From positions 88,988-152,987 of the forward strand of contig DAET01000046.1 in assembly GCA_002497765.1 (NCBI GenBank): a stretch of DNA of 64,000 bases. The letters run 5' to 3'. A program made the position numbers and the translations under genes. The DNA comes from Euryarchaeota archaeon UBA486. Its GTDB lineage: Archaea > Thermoplasmatota > Poseidoniia > Poseidoniales > Poseidoniaceae. The notes under the pieces were generated by a model. That model saw only the letters and a list, made by a program, of their open reading frames with translations. It searched no databases and was not told the DNA's origin. The stretch's first letter is position 1. Every line of letters begins with the position of its first letter. This document shows, piece after piece, positions 48,873 through 58,725 of this stretch.

Positions 48873-49898
48873 TCAGGCATCGTTTCGCACCAGAACGGCT
48901 GAACCCATGATGCGGGGTTTTGAGTCGAGTTGGGCGATGAGCACCGAGGGCGGGTTGTCCTTTCGAATGAACAGCGGTTGGTCCCAATCGACCACGAGCG
49001 ATTCACTGGATGCATTGGCCACACGACCCACGACAAACTGGAGATCCACGCTGGCGTGAATCACATCGCCTTTGGTCAGCACCCGCTTTTGGAACGGCGA
49101 AGTCGTCAGCTGAACGGTCGAGCGTTGGTGCTGTTCAACGGCCAGCGGCACGGAGAGGTTGGCTCGCTTGTCTTCCACAGGTGGGTGAACGATGATGGTG
49201 CCTCCCGTCAGGTGTTCTTCCTTGGCGTTGCGGAGTGCCAGGCCGACTCGGTCGCCTGCGCTGGCCACATCAACATCGTCGTCCATGACCTGGAGCGATT
49301 TGGCGTTCCCCGTGCCGTTGGCCGGCAGGAGCAACACCTCGTCGTGGACGTTGACCTTGCCGGATTGAACGTAGCCAATGGCCACCAAACCGATGCCTTT
49401 GACATTGAAATGCTGGTCAACGGGGAGCACGAGAGGGGCATTGGCGTTGGCTTCCAGCACGCCTTGGATCTCGTCCATCAGGGCGTACATTCGTTCACGA
49501 AGGTGGACGCCGTCGTTGCGCTCAAAGGTCCACGCTTCAAGCCCGGCTTGTTTGAACAGCATCTTGACTTGGTCTTCGTCGACCCAACCGCCATCGGGCG
49601 GGTTGACCACGGCCAAGCCTCGCTTGATGCCGGCGCTGGCGAAGGCGACCAAGACTTCGCCCAGCGAGGCGTCCACGGCGGTCACTTCGATGATGCCGGC
49701 GTGAGAGGTCGACAGGGCGTTGAGGAACGGCGGGAGTCGCTCGGGGTATTTGGCGGGACGAATGAGCGAGAGAATGCGTGCCCCGTCCGGACCGCTCTCT
49801 TTGTTGACGTACGTATGAACGTCTCGTTGGTCGGCCGCTTTCGCGATGCTTCGAGCCAGTTCATCCGAGGCGATCACAGCAACGTTGAGCACGACCAT
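48873..49898 (-). CDS. EF-Tu/SelB-like protein with degenerate G domain
   Basis: VDQHFNVKGIG.V..G.V..G, SLQ..D, GDRVGLAL; P..YPER; no GxxxxGK. Confidence 0.8.
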   Translation of the reverse strand: MVVLNVAVIASDELARSIAKAADQRDVHTYVNKESGPDGARILSLIRPAKYPERLPPFLNALSTSHAGIIEVTAVDASLGEVLVAFASAGIKRGLAVVNPPDGGWVDEDQVKMLFKQAGLEAWTFERNDGVHLRERMYALMDEIQGVLEANANAPLVLPVDQHFNVKGIGLVAIGYVQSGKVNVHDEVLLLPANGTGNAKSLQVMDDDVDVASAGDRVGLALRNAKEEHLTGGTIIVHPPVEDKRANLSVPLAVEQHQRSTVQLTTSPFQKRVLTKGDVIHASVDLQFVVGRVANASSESLVVDWDQPLFIRKDNPPSVLIAQLDSKPRIMGSAVLVRNDA

Positions 49899-49938
49899 GG
49901 AGCGCCGAGATGGCAGCGATTGAAGAACCAATGGGTGG

Positions 49939-50409
49939 TCAGGCTTCTCGCTTGGCTTTCTGCGCCAGCATGTTGTCGCGAATGGCCTTGGCCTTCTCCC
50001 ACTCGGCTTGCTCCTCCTCGGATTCGGGGGTGAATTGAGGTACAGGGATGGGTCGCATCATGGAATCAATGGCCACGAAAAAGAAGTAACCTTCGCAAAT
50101 AATGCTTTTTTCCCAGGTGGCCTTGCTCATCGTGTAGGCCGTCACCTTGGTGCACGCCGTATGGCTGCTGGTGTAGACCACTTGGCCGGACACCTCCAAC
50201 AGGTCGCCTTGCCGTGCCGGAGCGATGAAGGTCAGTGTGTCGATGGAGATGGTGACAAATTCACGATGCGCAAACTTGGCACAGGCGATGCCGCCCGCTT
50301 TGTCCATAAGGGAAAGAAGCCGCCCACCAAAGAGGGTGTTGTAGGCGTTGGTGTCCTGAGGAAACACCTCTTCGATGAGCGTCACTGGTTCGGTTGAGTA
50401 GGGCTCCAT
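49939..50409 (-). CDS. Acyl-CoA thioesterase (hotdog, YciA type)
   Basis: P.DTN...TLFGG.LL..MD, VT.SID..F..P. Confidence 0.9.
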   Translation of the reverse strand: MEPYSTEPVTLIEEVFPQDTNAYNTLFGGRLLSLMDKAGGIACAKFAHREFVTISIDTLTFIAPARQGDLLEVSGQVVYTSSHTACTKVTAYTMSKATWEKSIICEGYFFFVAIDSMMRPIPVPQFTPESEEEQAEWEKAKAIRDNMLAQKAKREA

Positions 50410-50540
50410 GACCCTTCCAAGCCGTTCACCCTCATAACTCATCTTCACCGTGCGGGGAAGATGTGCAGAAAACGGCGATGATGTCTTGAAAGCGACGAGA
50501 TTTTAGGGGGACAAACCTTCGCAGAGGTGCAGGTGACACC

Positions 50541-53500
50541 ATGTCAAATCAAACGCACCCGAAAACAAAGCCAATTTTCCTGATGTTGTTGATGCTTCTC
50601 GCTCCGTTTGCCTCCGCCAACGTTACCACGTTCGCTGACGGCAGTTCGGAGGTTGACATCGAAATCCGAGACGGGAACGATCTCGAAAATCTCGTGGATG
50701 GAGCGATTAACCTTCCCGACGGTGAAACGGTCACCGGGGCTTCGATGATCATCCACACCAAGATGGTTGAGCACGGTGCTCACTCCCGCATTGACCTCGA
50801 AACCACCCAGCGCGTCTGGAACCCCCAATACAACAACCAGCTCACGGAATTTTCCGACGAGTCCCTCTTCCAATACGAGGACGGCACCCAAGCCACACCT
50901 GTATCCCTCGTTTCCGAAGGCTTCCTGACCGACTTTGAGGGCACCAATGGTGGCTTTACCGATTCAACCAATCCTTCCTCCATGCCGTCCAGCGGCATCG
51001 GTTGGGAGCACGGGTCGCTCTCTGCGACCGACATTCCCGGCGGCTGCGCTTCGGGCCAGGAGTGTTGGGGGACCAACCTCGCCGACACCAATTACACCGA
51101 TGACAACGACGACGGCAACACGCCGCCTTCGTACCTCCCCTTCGTCGTCGCCATGACCAGCACCGACCTGTTCGTTGATCCGCTCCTCAAGAGCAAAACA
51201 GCCTTCTTTGATTCATGGTGGAACCTGGAAACTTCCACCGGCTCCCAACCGAACAGCAAACGTTTCTCTGATTGCGGCTACCTTCAGATTCGTTCCTCGC
51301 CCAACCCCGGCTTCCCTCCCGACGACAGCGGTTTTCAGGTCATCGCATTCGACCAGCAAGCCAGCACCGGTTTGGTGTACGGCACCAACTACGCTCAAGG
51401 CGGCGGCTCTGGAAACAACTGGGACGGCAAGATCACCAGCAACTGTGGCGGCCTGCAAAACGGTAGCCAGTGGGAGTGGGGTCTTGCCGGTTCCTCCACC
51501 ACGGCCCAAAACCCCACGGGCTGGAACAATCTCGCCGTCGATTTGACGGATTACATCGACGAGTACGTTCAACTTCGCTTCGTGCTTCACCACACCGGTC
51601 GTTCCGCCATGAACATCGACGACAACATGTCGGGCTGGTACGTCGACAACTTCCGATTGGGCGACCTCTTGCCTCAGAGCGCCAGCATGACCGTTCGTGG
51701 CATGACGCCGTCAACTTTGGGCGGCGAAAACCATCCCAACGGCTACGGCATTCTCACCGTCGAAGCCGAGACCTCCCTTTCGGCTACGCTGACCGTCGAC
51801 GTCCTCGACACCAACAACAACCCTGTCACGGGCAAGGACGGCTCCATGATGACCGGTCTTTCCGGCGACATCATCGAGTTGTGGAACATCGATTCGGCTG
51901 ATTACCGTGCTGTCAATCTAAAGTTCAACTTCGATTCGGGTCCCGACCGACTCTCAACGCCGATTCTCCACGGTTTCAGCATCGGTTCTCGCGTCGGAAC
52001 TGGATTCAACTTCTCGGCGATCGGACCGGTTCAAATCGATGGCGGCATTTGGCAAACGATGGGCGGTGGAGAGCCGATGATCTACGTTCCGAACCTGAAA
52101 CGAGACGCCTACACACCAGCGCTCGAGCGCAGCAAATTCAGCTACCCCATCACGGCCATGACGCCAGTCATCCAAGACGACTGCAGCGAATCGCCGTCCA
52201 TTGAGATCACGCCCACCGGTCAAACCACCAGTATCAGTGTCGAAAACGGCGTCAGGTCCACGTTCGATGATCCGCTGTTTGGCTTCAACGCCGTGACCTC
52301 GTATCTTGGGCCGTGCGACGTTGGTGGCATTTGGTTCGACTTGGAATTCGGACATCACGCCAAGAACGTTGAAATCGACGTGGCCAACGATGGCGATGTC
52401 GACTACGGCTTCACCGAGCCAGCGTTTGACATGTTTGGACGCCAAACCAAGTTCGTCTCGGGTACCGTTGACGGCGTCAACTACGCCGCCGATGACGCCA
52501 CCCTCACCCTTGGCGTGAACGGTCAAGCGACCGGGGGCTTCTTCCTCCTGCCCGAAGGGGCTGACATTACGGCCGCCGATTTCGGTATGGACCAAATTTC
52601 CATTCGCTCGAACAGTGACCCGACCGAAGGCTTCGAACTCACACTCATGGCAGGTTCCCAATCCGTTGTGCTTGGCGACATGCCCAACAGCACCACGCTG
52701 GTTCAAGAGATGCTCAACCAGCCGATGGACTTCGTCGGCGCTCTGCAGAGCCTGATGACCAACCCCTCCGTTGCAGGGACGCATCAGGACGAATTCGGCC
52801 GCTACTGGGTCATGCTCCGCTTCATGGTTGACTCGCCAAACGCCTCCTCGGGAACTTCGTTGGACATCGTCGACCTTGACATCGTCTACGATTACGGTAC
52901 CACCCTTGACGAGACCGACGGCTTTGACCTCGAACTCAATCAGGGCGTTGCCTTGTGGACCGGTGGCGCAACCGCAACGGTCCCCGTCGCAGTGTCCAGT
53001 TCCACCGGTGGCGGTGTGATGTTGAGCGACCTGAGCGTCTCCTCCAGCACCGGCTACAGCAACACGCTGACCCTCACCGACAACCCGGTGGGCTTGTACC
53101 CCAACGGCGACATCTATGAGGTGGTCACCACACACGCTGTCGACCCGTTGACCGGCACTTCGCTGGCTGAGGCATGGCTGACCTTTGAGTCCGAATCTGG
53201 CTACATCAAGCTCTCGTGGAGCGATTTCATGTCCTTCGCTGAAGCCAGCGACGAACACGACCACATCCAACTCGAATCCACGTCCTCGGTGGCGGACATC
53301 ACCAACGGCAAGGAGATCACCTGGCACTTCCGTGTCAACCCGACCTGGGACGACACGCCGGCCGTTCGCATGTATGCTGGTCTCACGGCCACCAACGGCG
53401 TCAACGGACTCCCCGACGCTGTGCTGCTTGAACCATCGGTTGGCAACGCCGTGGAAAACGATGCAGGTATCACCTCCTTTGAGTTGCAAAACAGCATCGG

Positions 53501-56411
53501 TGCACCGCAGTCTTTGAGCGGAGCTGAATCGGGACAAGACATCAACCTCATTGGCCAAATCCGCCTTGAGGACCTGAACGAAGCACCCGACCCCTCCTCC
53601 TACTTCCTCACGCTTGAGTTGAAGCACGTCAACACGACCGACGGCAACATCACGGTTGAGTGGGAAGAGGTGGCGAACCGCTCGGGTGTCATCGGCGGCG
53701 ACTTCAACTGGAACGTTGACCTTGGTGCCGCAGCCGGCAGCGAAACCTACCGCTTCGCCGCACGTGGATACGAAGGTGGTGAACTGCTGTGCCCGCCCTC
53801 GCAGTACAACCCCGACGAAACCTGTGCCATTCCGTTCGACATCACCATCGACACCTACGAGCCGAACCTGCTCGACCTTCAGGTGCTGAGTCCCGGAACC
53901 GACGCCAACGTCGACTCCAACTGGCGAACCCTGCTTGACGACACATGGGTGGTTCCACAGGCGAACCAGCAAATTCGCATGTCGAGCCAAGACTTGCCAA
54001 GCCCGCCTGCCACGCTTGACCTCCATCTTTGGGTTGAGAACGACCACGATACGAACAGCGACGGTCTGCCCGATGCAGATGAATACATCACCATCACCCT
54101 CAACGGCGACGGCGAAGCACCAACGGCCAATTATTCTGGCAACTACAACGACTTGGCCAACGAAGGCTTGGAAGGGAAGGTGTCACTCTGGATTGAAGGG
54201 TACGACCTTGCAGGCAACCCCATTGACGGTGGCGGTCCCGGCTTTGACAACGACCGGGTTACCTACGTCTCCATGTCGTCCAAGACGCCAGTGATTCGTA
54301 ACTTCTTCATCGAGGATTCGAAGGGAAGCAGTTTCCTCAACTCCAACGAACTTCAGTGGGACGGTACGTGGAACCAAACCATGTACGCCGGCAACACCTA
54401 CCACCTCATCCTTGAGGCCAGTGATGACAACGGTTGGCGCGACGTTGACTTCTTCCAAGTCAACCTTGACAAGACCGCTGATGACATGACCGTGTGGTAC
54501 TTCCCACGCAATCAAACCGCCTGGACCGACAGCCCTCACATCGATATCGTGTACGACGAGGACGTTGCGCCCTCCATGTTGACCATGGACAACACGGCCC
54601 TCATCGACCCCTTCGAATCCGATTTCATTCTGAACATCCCGATTCGAATTGATTGGGGCATCGTTGGTCTTGACGGCAAGGACATCGAGCCCAAGTTGCA
54701 AATGCAGGATCTTGACAACCCGCTCTACACGATGCTCTCGGGTGTCCCAGGCCGCTACATCCAGATTTGGCGATACAGCGACGGCATCCAACTTGACTTC
54801 CGTACCGACGAGGTGAACAACCTCATGGTTACCCCGATGTTTGAAGACGCCAGTGCACCGTTCACCAGTGACGTTCGCCAAGGGTTCATCTTTGCCGGCG
54901 ACACCGTGCAGTTCACCGGTCAGTTCGCCTTCCGCGAGGGTATCTTTGACAGCGTCTACATCAACCCCGAAGTTGAATTGACGCTGGAAATCACCCGTGA
55001 GGACGCTGCAGAGGATTTCAACAAGGGCTACATCGCTACACCGGGTGAAGTCATCACGCACACCTTCACCGGCGGCGTGTTTGACATCAACATCACAGCA
55101 CCGGTGTTCACCAACGAATACACCTACACGTACAAGCTGATCAACCTGCCCGACGGTGCTGAAGACTTCACGGCAGCGCTTTGCGCCACGTCGACGTCCT
55201 ACGGTTGCGGTGAATTCACCCTCAAGGTCGACCGAACACCGCCCGAGGTGTTGCCCAACACGTGGCTCGCCGAGAAGGGCGCCCTGCCGGCCGGTGCAAA
55301 CGACCGCATCATTGCCAACACCCTGTCCACGGCCAACTACCATTGCGTTGACATTCAGGCCCAAATCAAGGAGCAGGAAGCCATGTTCCCCGGCGACCTC
55401 CAGGTTAACTGGATGTTCTACAGCAACACCATCGACTACACGCCGTGGTCTGAATACGCCGAATACTTCGGATTTGAGCCCTCCTCAGCCACCTTGTCGC
55501 TGAGCACCCTCAGCGGTGGCTACTTGGCAACGGCGACCTGCCTCGACCTGTGGCCGCTGTCCGACAACGAGCCACGTGTCTTTGACGCCGAGGTCAACGA
55601 AGCCAACCAGCCCACGGTCGTGTTCTGGATTTCAGGTGCTGACTCCGCGGGTTCAACCGTTCGATTGGGCGGTGGAGCGCAAGAGGACGGCAGCGTTCTG
55701 CCCATCTTCTCTGGCCAAGCCCAGCACAAGTCCGAATACACCTTCATTGAAGAGAAGGCCACGTTCGAGATTCAGGACGTGCTCCTAAGCGATGACCCAC
55801 GTGTTGGTGAGAGCATGAAGCTCCGCATCAAGGTCAAGAACACCGGTTCGATGGCCGGTGTGGCCGATTTGGTCATCAAGTCGGTGACCGATGGCGGTAC
55901 CCCGGTGGTTGAAGACACGATCTCCACTCCTGAACTGGGCATCCAAGAGGTCAGCGATTGGGTGGAAGTCACCCTCGCTCCGTTTGCCGCTCAAACCACG
56001 GGCATGTACTACACCATCAGTCTCAACGGCTCCAGCGAAAGCATCTACGATGGCTCCCAAGGCCAGTGGGCCGATGTGTTCAACGTCAAGGTTCAGGCCG
56101 AAGAGGACGGGGGCAACTTGTTGCTCATCGTCATCATCTTGGTCGCTGTCATCGGCGTTCTCGGCACCCTGGTCTTTGTGCTCGCCCGTCGAGGAGGCGG
56201 GGCCTCCATGCTCGATGACGAGTACGAGGAGGAGGACGAGGAAGAGGGCTACGGCGAGACGAAGGTCCTTGCCCAGATTCCTGCCGATGTTGACCCGGAA
56301 ATGGCACGAGCCATGCAGCAGTTCCCGCAGTGGACCCAAGAAGAAATCCAAGGCTACTTCGACCAAGGATGGAACGTTGAGTCCCTTCAGGACTGGGTCA
56401 ACAACCAGTGA
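50541..56411 (+). CDS. Giant (1956 aa) secreted, C-terminally anchored acidic surface protein
   Basis: Signal peptide, jelly-roll-like domain (LRF...GWYVDN), CARDB-like V.NTG, TM, acidic tail; SD AGGTGA. Confidence 0.85.
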   Translation: MSNQTHPKTKPIFLMLLMLLAPFASANVTTFADGSSEVDIEIRDGNDLENLVDGAINLPDGETVTGASMIIHTKMVEHGAHSRIDLETTQRVWNPQYNNQLTEFSDESLFQYEDGTQATPVSLVSEGFLTDFEGTNGGFTDSTNPSSMPSSGIGWEHGSLSATDIPGGCASGQECWGTNLADTNYTDDNDDGNTPPSYLPFVVAMTSTDLFVDPLLKSKTAFFDSWWNLETSTGSQPNSKRFSDCGYLQIRSSPNPGFPPDDSGFQVIAFDQQASTGLVYGTNYAQGGGSGNNWDGKITSNCGGLQNGSQWEWGLAGSSTTAQNPTGWNNLAVDLTDYIDEYVQLRFVLHHTGRSAMNIDDNMSGWYVDNFRLGDLLPQSASMTVRGMTPSTLGGENHPNGYGILTVEAETSLSATLTVDVLDTNNNPVTGKDGSMMTGLSGDIIELWNIDSADYRAVNLKFNFDSGPDRLSTPILHGFSIGSRVGTGFNFSAIGPVQIDGGIWQTMGGGEPMIYVPNLKRDAYTPALERSKFSYPITAMTPVIQDDCSESPSIEITPTGQTTSISVENGVRSTFDDPLFGFNAVTSYLGPCDVGGIWFDLEFGHHAKNVEIDVANDGDVDYGFTEPAFDMFGRQTKFVSGTVDGVNYAADDATLTLGVNGQATGGFFLLPEGADITAADFGMDQISIRSNSDPTEGFELTLMAGSQSVVLGDMPNSTTLVQEMLNQPMDFVGALQSLMTNPSVAGTHQDEFGRYWVMLRFMVDSPNASSGTSLDIVDLDIVYDYGTTLDETDGFDLELNQGVALWTGGATATVPVAVSSSTGGGVMLSDLSVSSSTGYSNTLTLTDNPVGLYPNGDIYEVVTTHAVDPLTGTSLAEAWLTFESESGYIKLSWSDFMSFAEASDEHDHIQLESTSSVADITNGKEITWHFRVNPTWDDTPAVRMYAGLTATNGVNGLPDAVLLEPSVGNAVENDAGITSFELQNSIGAPQSLSGAESGQDINLIGQIRLEDLNEAPDPSSYFLTLELKHVNTTDGNITVEWEEVANRSGVIGGDFNWNVDLGAAAGSETYRFAARGYEGGELLCPPSQYNPDETCAIPFDITIDTYEPNLLDLQVLSPGTDANVDSNWRTLLDDTWVVPQANQQIRMSSQDLPSPPATLDLHLWVENDHDTNSDGLPDADEYITITLNGDGEAPTANYSGNYNDLANEGLEGKVSLWIEGYDLAGNPIDGGGPGFDNDRVTYVSMSSKTPVIRNFFIEDSKGSSFLNSNELQWDGTWNQTMYAGNTYHLILEASDDNGWRDVDFFQVNLDKTADDMTVWYFPRNQTAWTDSPHIDIVYDEDVAPSMLTMDNTALIDPFESDFILNIPIRIDWGIVGLDGKDIEPKLQMQDLDNPLYTMLSGVPGRYIQIWRYSDGIQLDFRTDEVNNLMVTPMFEDASAPFTSDVRQGFIFAGDTVQFTGQFAFREGIFDSVYINPEVELTLEITREDAAEDFNKGYIATPGEVITHTFTGGVFDINITAPVFTNEYTYTYKLINLPDGAEDFTAALCATSTSYGCGEFTLKVDRTPPEVLPNTWLAEKGALPAGANDRIIANTLSTANYHCVDIQAQIKEQEAMFPGDLQVNWMFYSNTIDYTPWSEYAEYFGFEPSSATLSLSTLSGGYLATATCLDLWPLSDNEPRVFDAEVNEANQPTVVFWISGADSAGSTVRLGGGAQEDGSVLPIFSGQAQHKSEYTFIEEKATFEIQDVLLSDDPRVGESMKLRIKVKNTGSMAGVADLVIKSVTDGGTPVVEDTISTPELGIQEVSDWVEVTLAPFAAQTTGMYYTISLNGSSESIYDGSQGQWADVFNVKVQAEEDGGNLLLIVIILVAVIGVLGTLVFVLARRGGGASMLDDEYEEEDEEEGYGETKVLAQIPADVDPEMARAMQQFPQWTQEEIQGYFDQGWNVESLQDWVNNQ

Positions 56412-56420
56412 GGCCCTTGC

Positions 56421-57221
56421 ATGTCCTCGTTGTGGACCGATACGGTCTGGGAGGACCCTGACGGTGGACGGGTCATCGTTCACGGGACGATGCCAACGGT
56501 GGTGTACCCCAACGCCATGCGACCACGGGCGACCTGGCACGGTTTGGCGCTGCTTGAATCGCCCGATGTCGTTGATCTGTGGATTCAGGAAGAAGCCGAT
56601 GAAGCGGAATCGCAAGGCATCAACCTCACGCACGCGCTGCTCTCCGGCGGGGCCTTCGGCAAATACATCGAAGGCATTGAGACGCTTGAGGCCCTTCAGG
56701 GCGGTCGTTTCCCCGACCCGGAACCCCGCCGGCTTCAACGAAACGCCGACCGGCACGGCCGGGCGGTCTTCTTCATCGAACCCTTGGCCGATGATGAGGA
56801 CTGGGGCGATTACTTGACGCAGGAAGCAAGAGCCGTCTCACACTGGCGAAAATTACTGGGCATGGTACGCGTGGGGAAGCGATGGAAAAAGAGCGTCAAG
56901 CAACATCTGTTCAACGCTCAACCCCCGCCCAAGGGCCAATCCGTGGACTATTCGACAGCGAGCGTGTTGGCCGCTGCTTGGTGGGAGCTTTCTGAGTGGT
57001 TGAGCACGCCCGCTCTCGCCAACCGACGCAACGAGCGCTACGCTGCGCGTGTACGCGGCGCCCTCGCCTCGCTTCGTTCCGACCTTGGCGATGACGCCAC
57101 CCTGCTGCTCGTGGTTCACCAGCCTCATGCAGCGGCCATGGTGAAGGCGCTGGATGCAAACAGGACGGTGGAGGAGATTTCATCAACAGCCACCACCTCC
57201 ACCCACACGGAGGAAGAGTGA
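56421..57221 (+). CDS. Hypothetical protein, weakly TraB/GumN-like
   Basis: RNERYA.R...LLVV..PH...M..AL near the C-terminus. Confidence 0.6.
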   Translation: MSSLWTDTVWEDPDGGRVIVHGTMPTVVYPNAMRPRATWHGLALLESPDVVDLWIQEEADEAESQGINLTHALLSGGAFGKYIEGIETLEALQGGRFPDPEPRRLQRNADRHGRAVFFIEPLADDEDWGDYLTQEARAVSHWRKLLGMVRVGKRWKKSVKQHLFNAQPPPKGQSVDYSTASVLAAAWWELSEWLSTPALANRRNERYAARVRGALASLRSDLGDDATLLLVVHQPHAAAMVKALDANRTVEEISSTATTSTHTEEE

Positions 57222-57222
57222 G

Positions 57223-57765
57223 ATGGCGACCGGAAGCATCGATGTCCGCGTTGAAAACCAACTCGTTCGCTTTGTTTGCCCGACGCCCCTCGACCACGAC
57301 CGTGTGGTCGCTGAGGTCGGTGGTCAACGCAACAGTGGTGTGGTGATCAAAGCGATGGAGCGGCCACGAGCCACCCTCGTCATCGACGAAGAGGGGCGCA
57401 TCGTCGTTCACGGCACCCACCGCGTAGAAGCGGCTCGCGCAGCTGCCAAGGAACTGCTGCTCCGCATGGGCATGGACGACAGTGGGCTGGTCGCCGAGAT
57501 GGGCCCCGTTGTTGTCTCGTTCCAGTTTGAGCAGTCCGTCAACCTCGAAGCCATTCCGGCCTCGCTTCCTTCGGGCTCAGCTGAATACGATGCCCGCCTG
57601 GGATGCACCACGTTGACCGATACGCGCCACAGTTTGACCGTTCAGATTTGGCCCAATGGAAAGTGCGTCGTCGCCGACGCTCGACACCCCAACATGGTCG
57701 CGATGGCTGCCGTCTATTGGAAGGGCGTGTTCGCCGACCAAGGATGGTTCGTGCAACGGATTTGA
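57223..57765 (+). CDS. Divergent TBP-fold protein
   Basis: Two internal repeats: VEN...LD....P.ATL.I...G.IVV.G and V..F...NL.AI...EY....I..NGK.VV. Confidence 0.65.
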   Translation: MATGSIDVRVENQLVRFVCPTPLDHDRVVAEVGGQRNSGVVIKAMERPRATLVIDEEGRIVVHGTHRVEAARAAAKELLLRMGMDDSGLVAEMGPVVVSFQFEQSVNLEAIPASLPSGSAEYDARLGCTTLTDTRHSLTVQIWPNGKCVVADARHPNMVAMAAVYWKGVFADQGWFVQRI

Positions 57766-57774
57766 GGGGCTCGC

Positions 57775-58641
57775 ATGGTCTACGACGGTCCGATTTTGGA
57801 CAACCATTTCCACCTCAACCGCCGGGGTCTGTTTCTGGATGCGGCTCGTGCCTTCCAACGGGTCGGCGGAACCGACATCGTGCTGGTTCATTGCCCTGAT
57901 TTCACTGCGCCGCCTGAATCGCTGGCCGGTCACGAAGCGGCATACAGGGACACCGTCGCCATGGCGCAGTCGGTTCGAGATGAGGTTGGCTTGGGCGTTC
58001 GTGTGGTGCTTGGCCCTCACCCAGCGGCCTTTGCTCATCAGTTCGAGCGGTGGGTCGGCGATGAGGGCGCAGCTGGCAAGGAGCGAGCGGTCGAGAATTA
58101 CCGCCACAGCATCGAGGCCGCCCTCGCGTTGGTTCACGAAGGGCACGCCCACGCCATCGGCGAAGTCGGAAGGCCCCACTGGCCTGTGTCCGATGAAATC
58201 TGGGACCTTTCCAATGAATTGCTGGATGAAACCATGCACCTTGCCGCCCAAGAAGGCATTCCCTTGCAACTGCACGTGGAAGGGGAGAGTGAGGACACCT
58301 ACCCCGACCTCGCCAAGCGAGCGCTTCGCCAGGGCATGGATCTGAAAAAACTCGTTCGCCACTATTCGCCCCCAGATGTGCGAACGGAGAACACCCACGG
58401 CCTCACGCCGAGTGTGTTGTGCGGGAAGGGAGCGCTTGACCGGTTGGTGGAGACGCACACGAAAGCCAAACACGGTTTTTTCCTCGAGACCGACTACATG
58501 GACGACCCTAGGCGACCAGGCGCTGTCCTCGGGCCCAAAACCGTGCCAAAGCGAACACAACAATTGCTCGAGGCCGGTGTGGATGAAGAGGTCATGTGGA
58601 ACACCCACAGCGAATTGCCAACTTCGGTGTATGGTGCATGA
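57775..58641 (+). CDS. TatD-related metal-dependent hydrolase (archaeal type)
   Basis: DNHFH, GPHP, IGEVGRPH, QLHVE, ETDYMDD..RPGAVLGP. Confidence 0.88.
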   Translation: MVYDGPILDNHFHLNRRGLFLDAARAFQRVGGTDIVLVHCPDFTAPPESLAGHEAAYRDTVAMAQSVRDEVGLGVRVVLGPHPAAFAHQFERWVGDEGAAGKERAVENYRHSIEAALALVHEGHAHAIGEVGRPHWPVSDEIWDLSNELLDETMHLAAQEGIPLQLHVEGESEDTYPDLAKRALRQGMDLKKLVRHYSPPDVRTENTHGLTPSVLCGKGALDRLVETHTKAKHGFFLETDYMDDPRRPGAVLGPKTVPKRTQQLLEAGVDEEVMWNTHSELPTSVYGA

Positions 58642-58725
58642 AGGTGGAAGGGGAACGCCATCTTCTTCACCTCAACGCCCCATCACATTCATGAAAGAGA
58701 ATCACCACGTAAGGGCAGGAGGGAG

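Noticed and set aside
51954-54047. 697-aa antisense ORF, and similar ones (15851-17221, 17518-18891, 44835-46502, 60499-61992)
   Set aside because: Shadow ORFs opposite real GC-rich genes; no motifs
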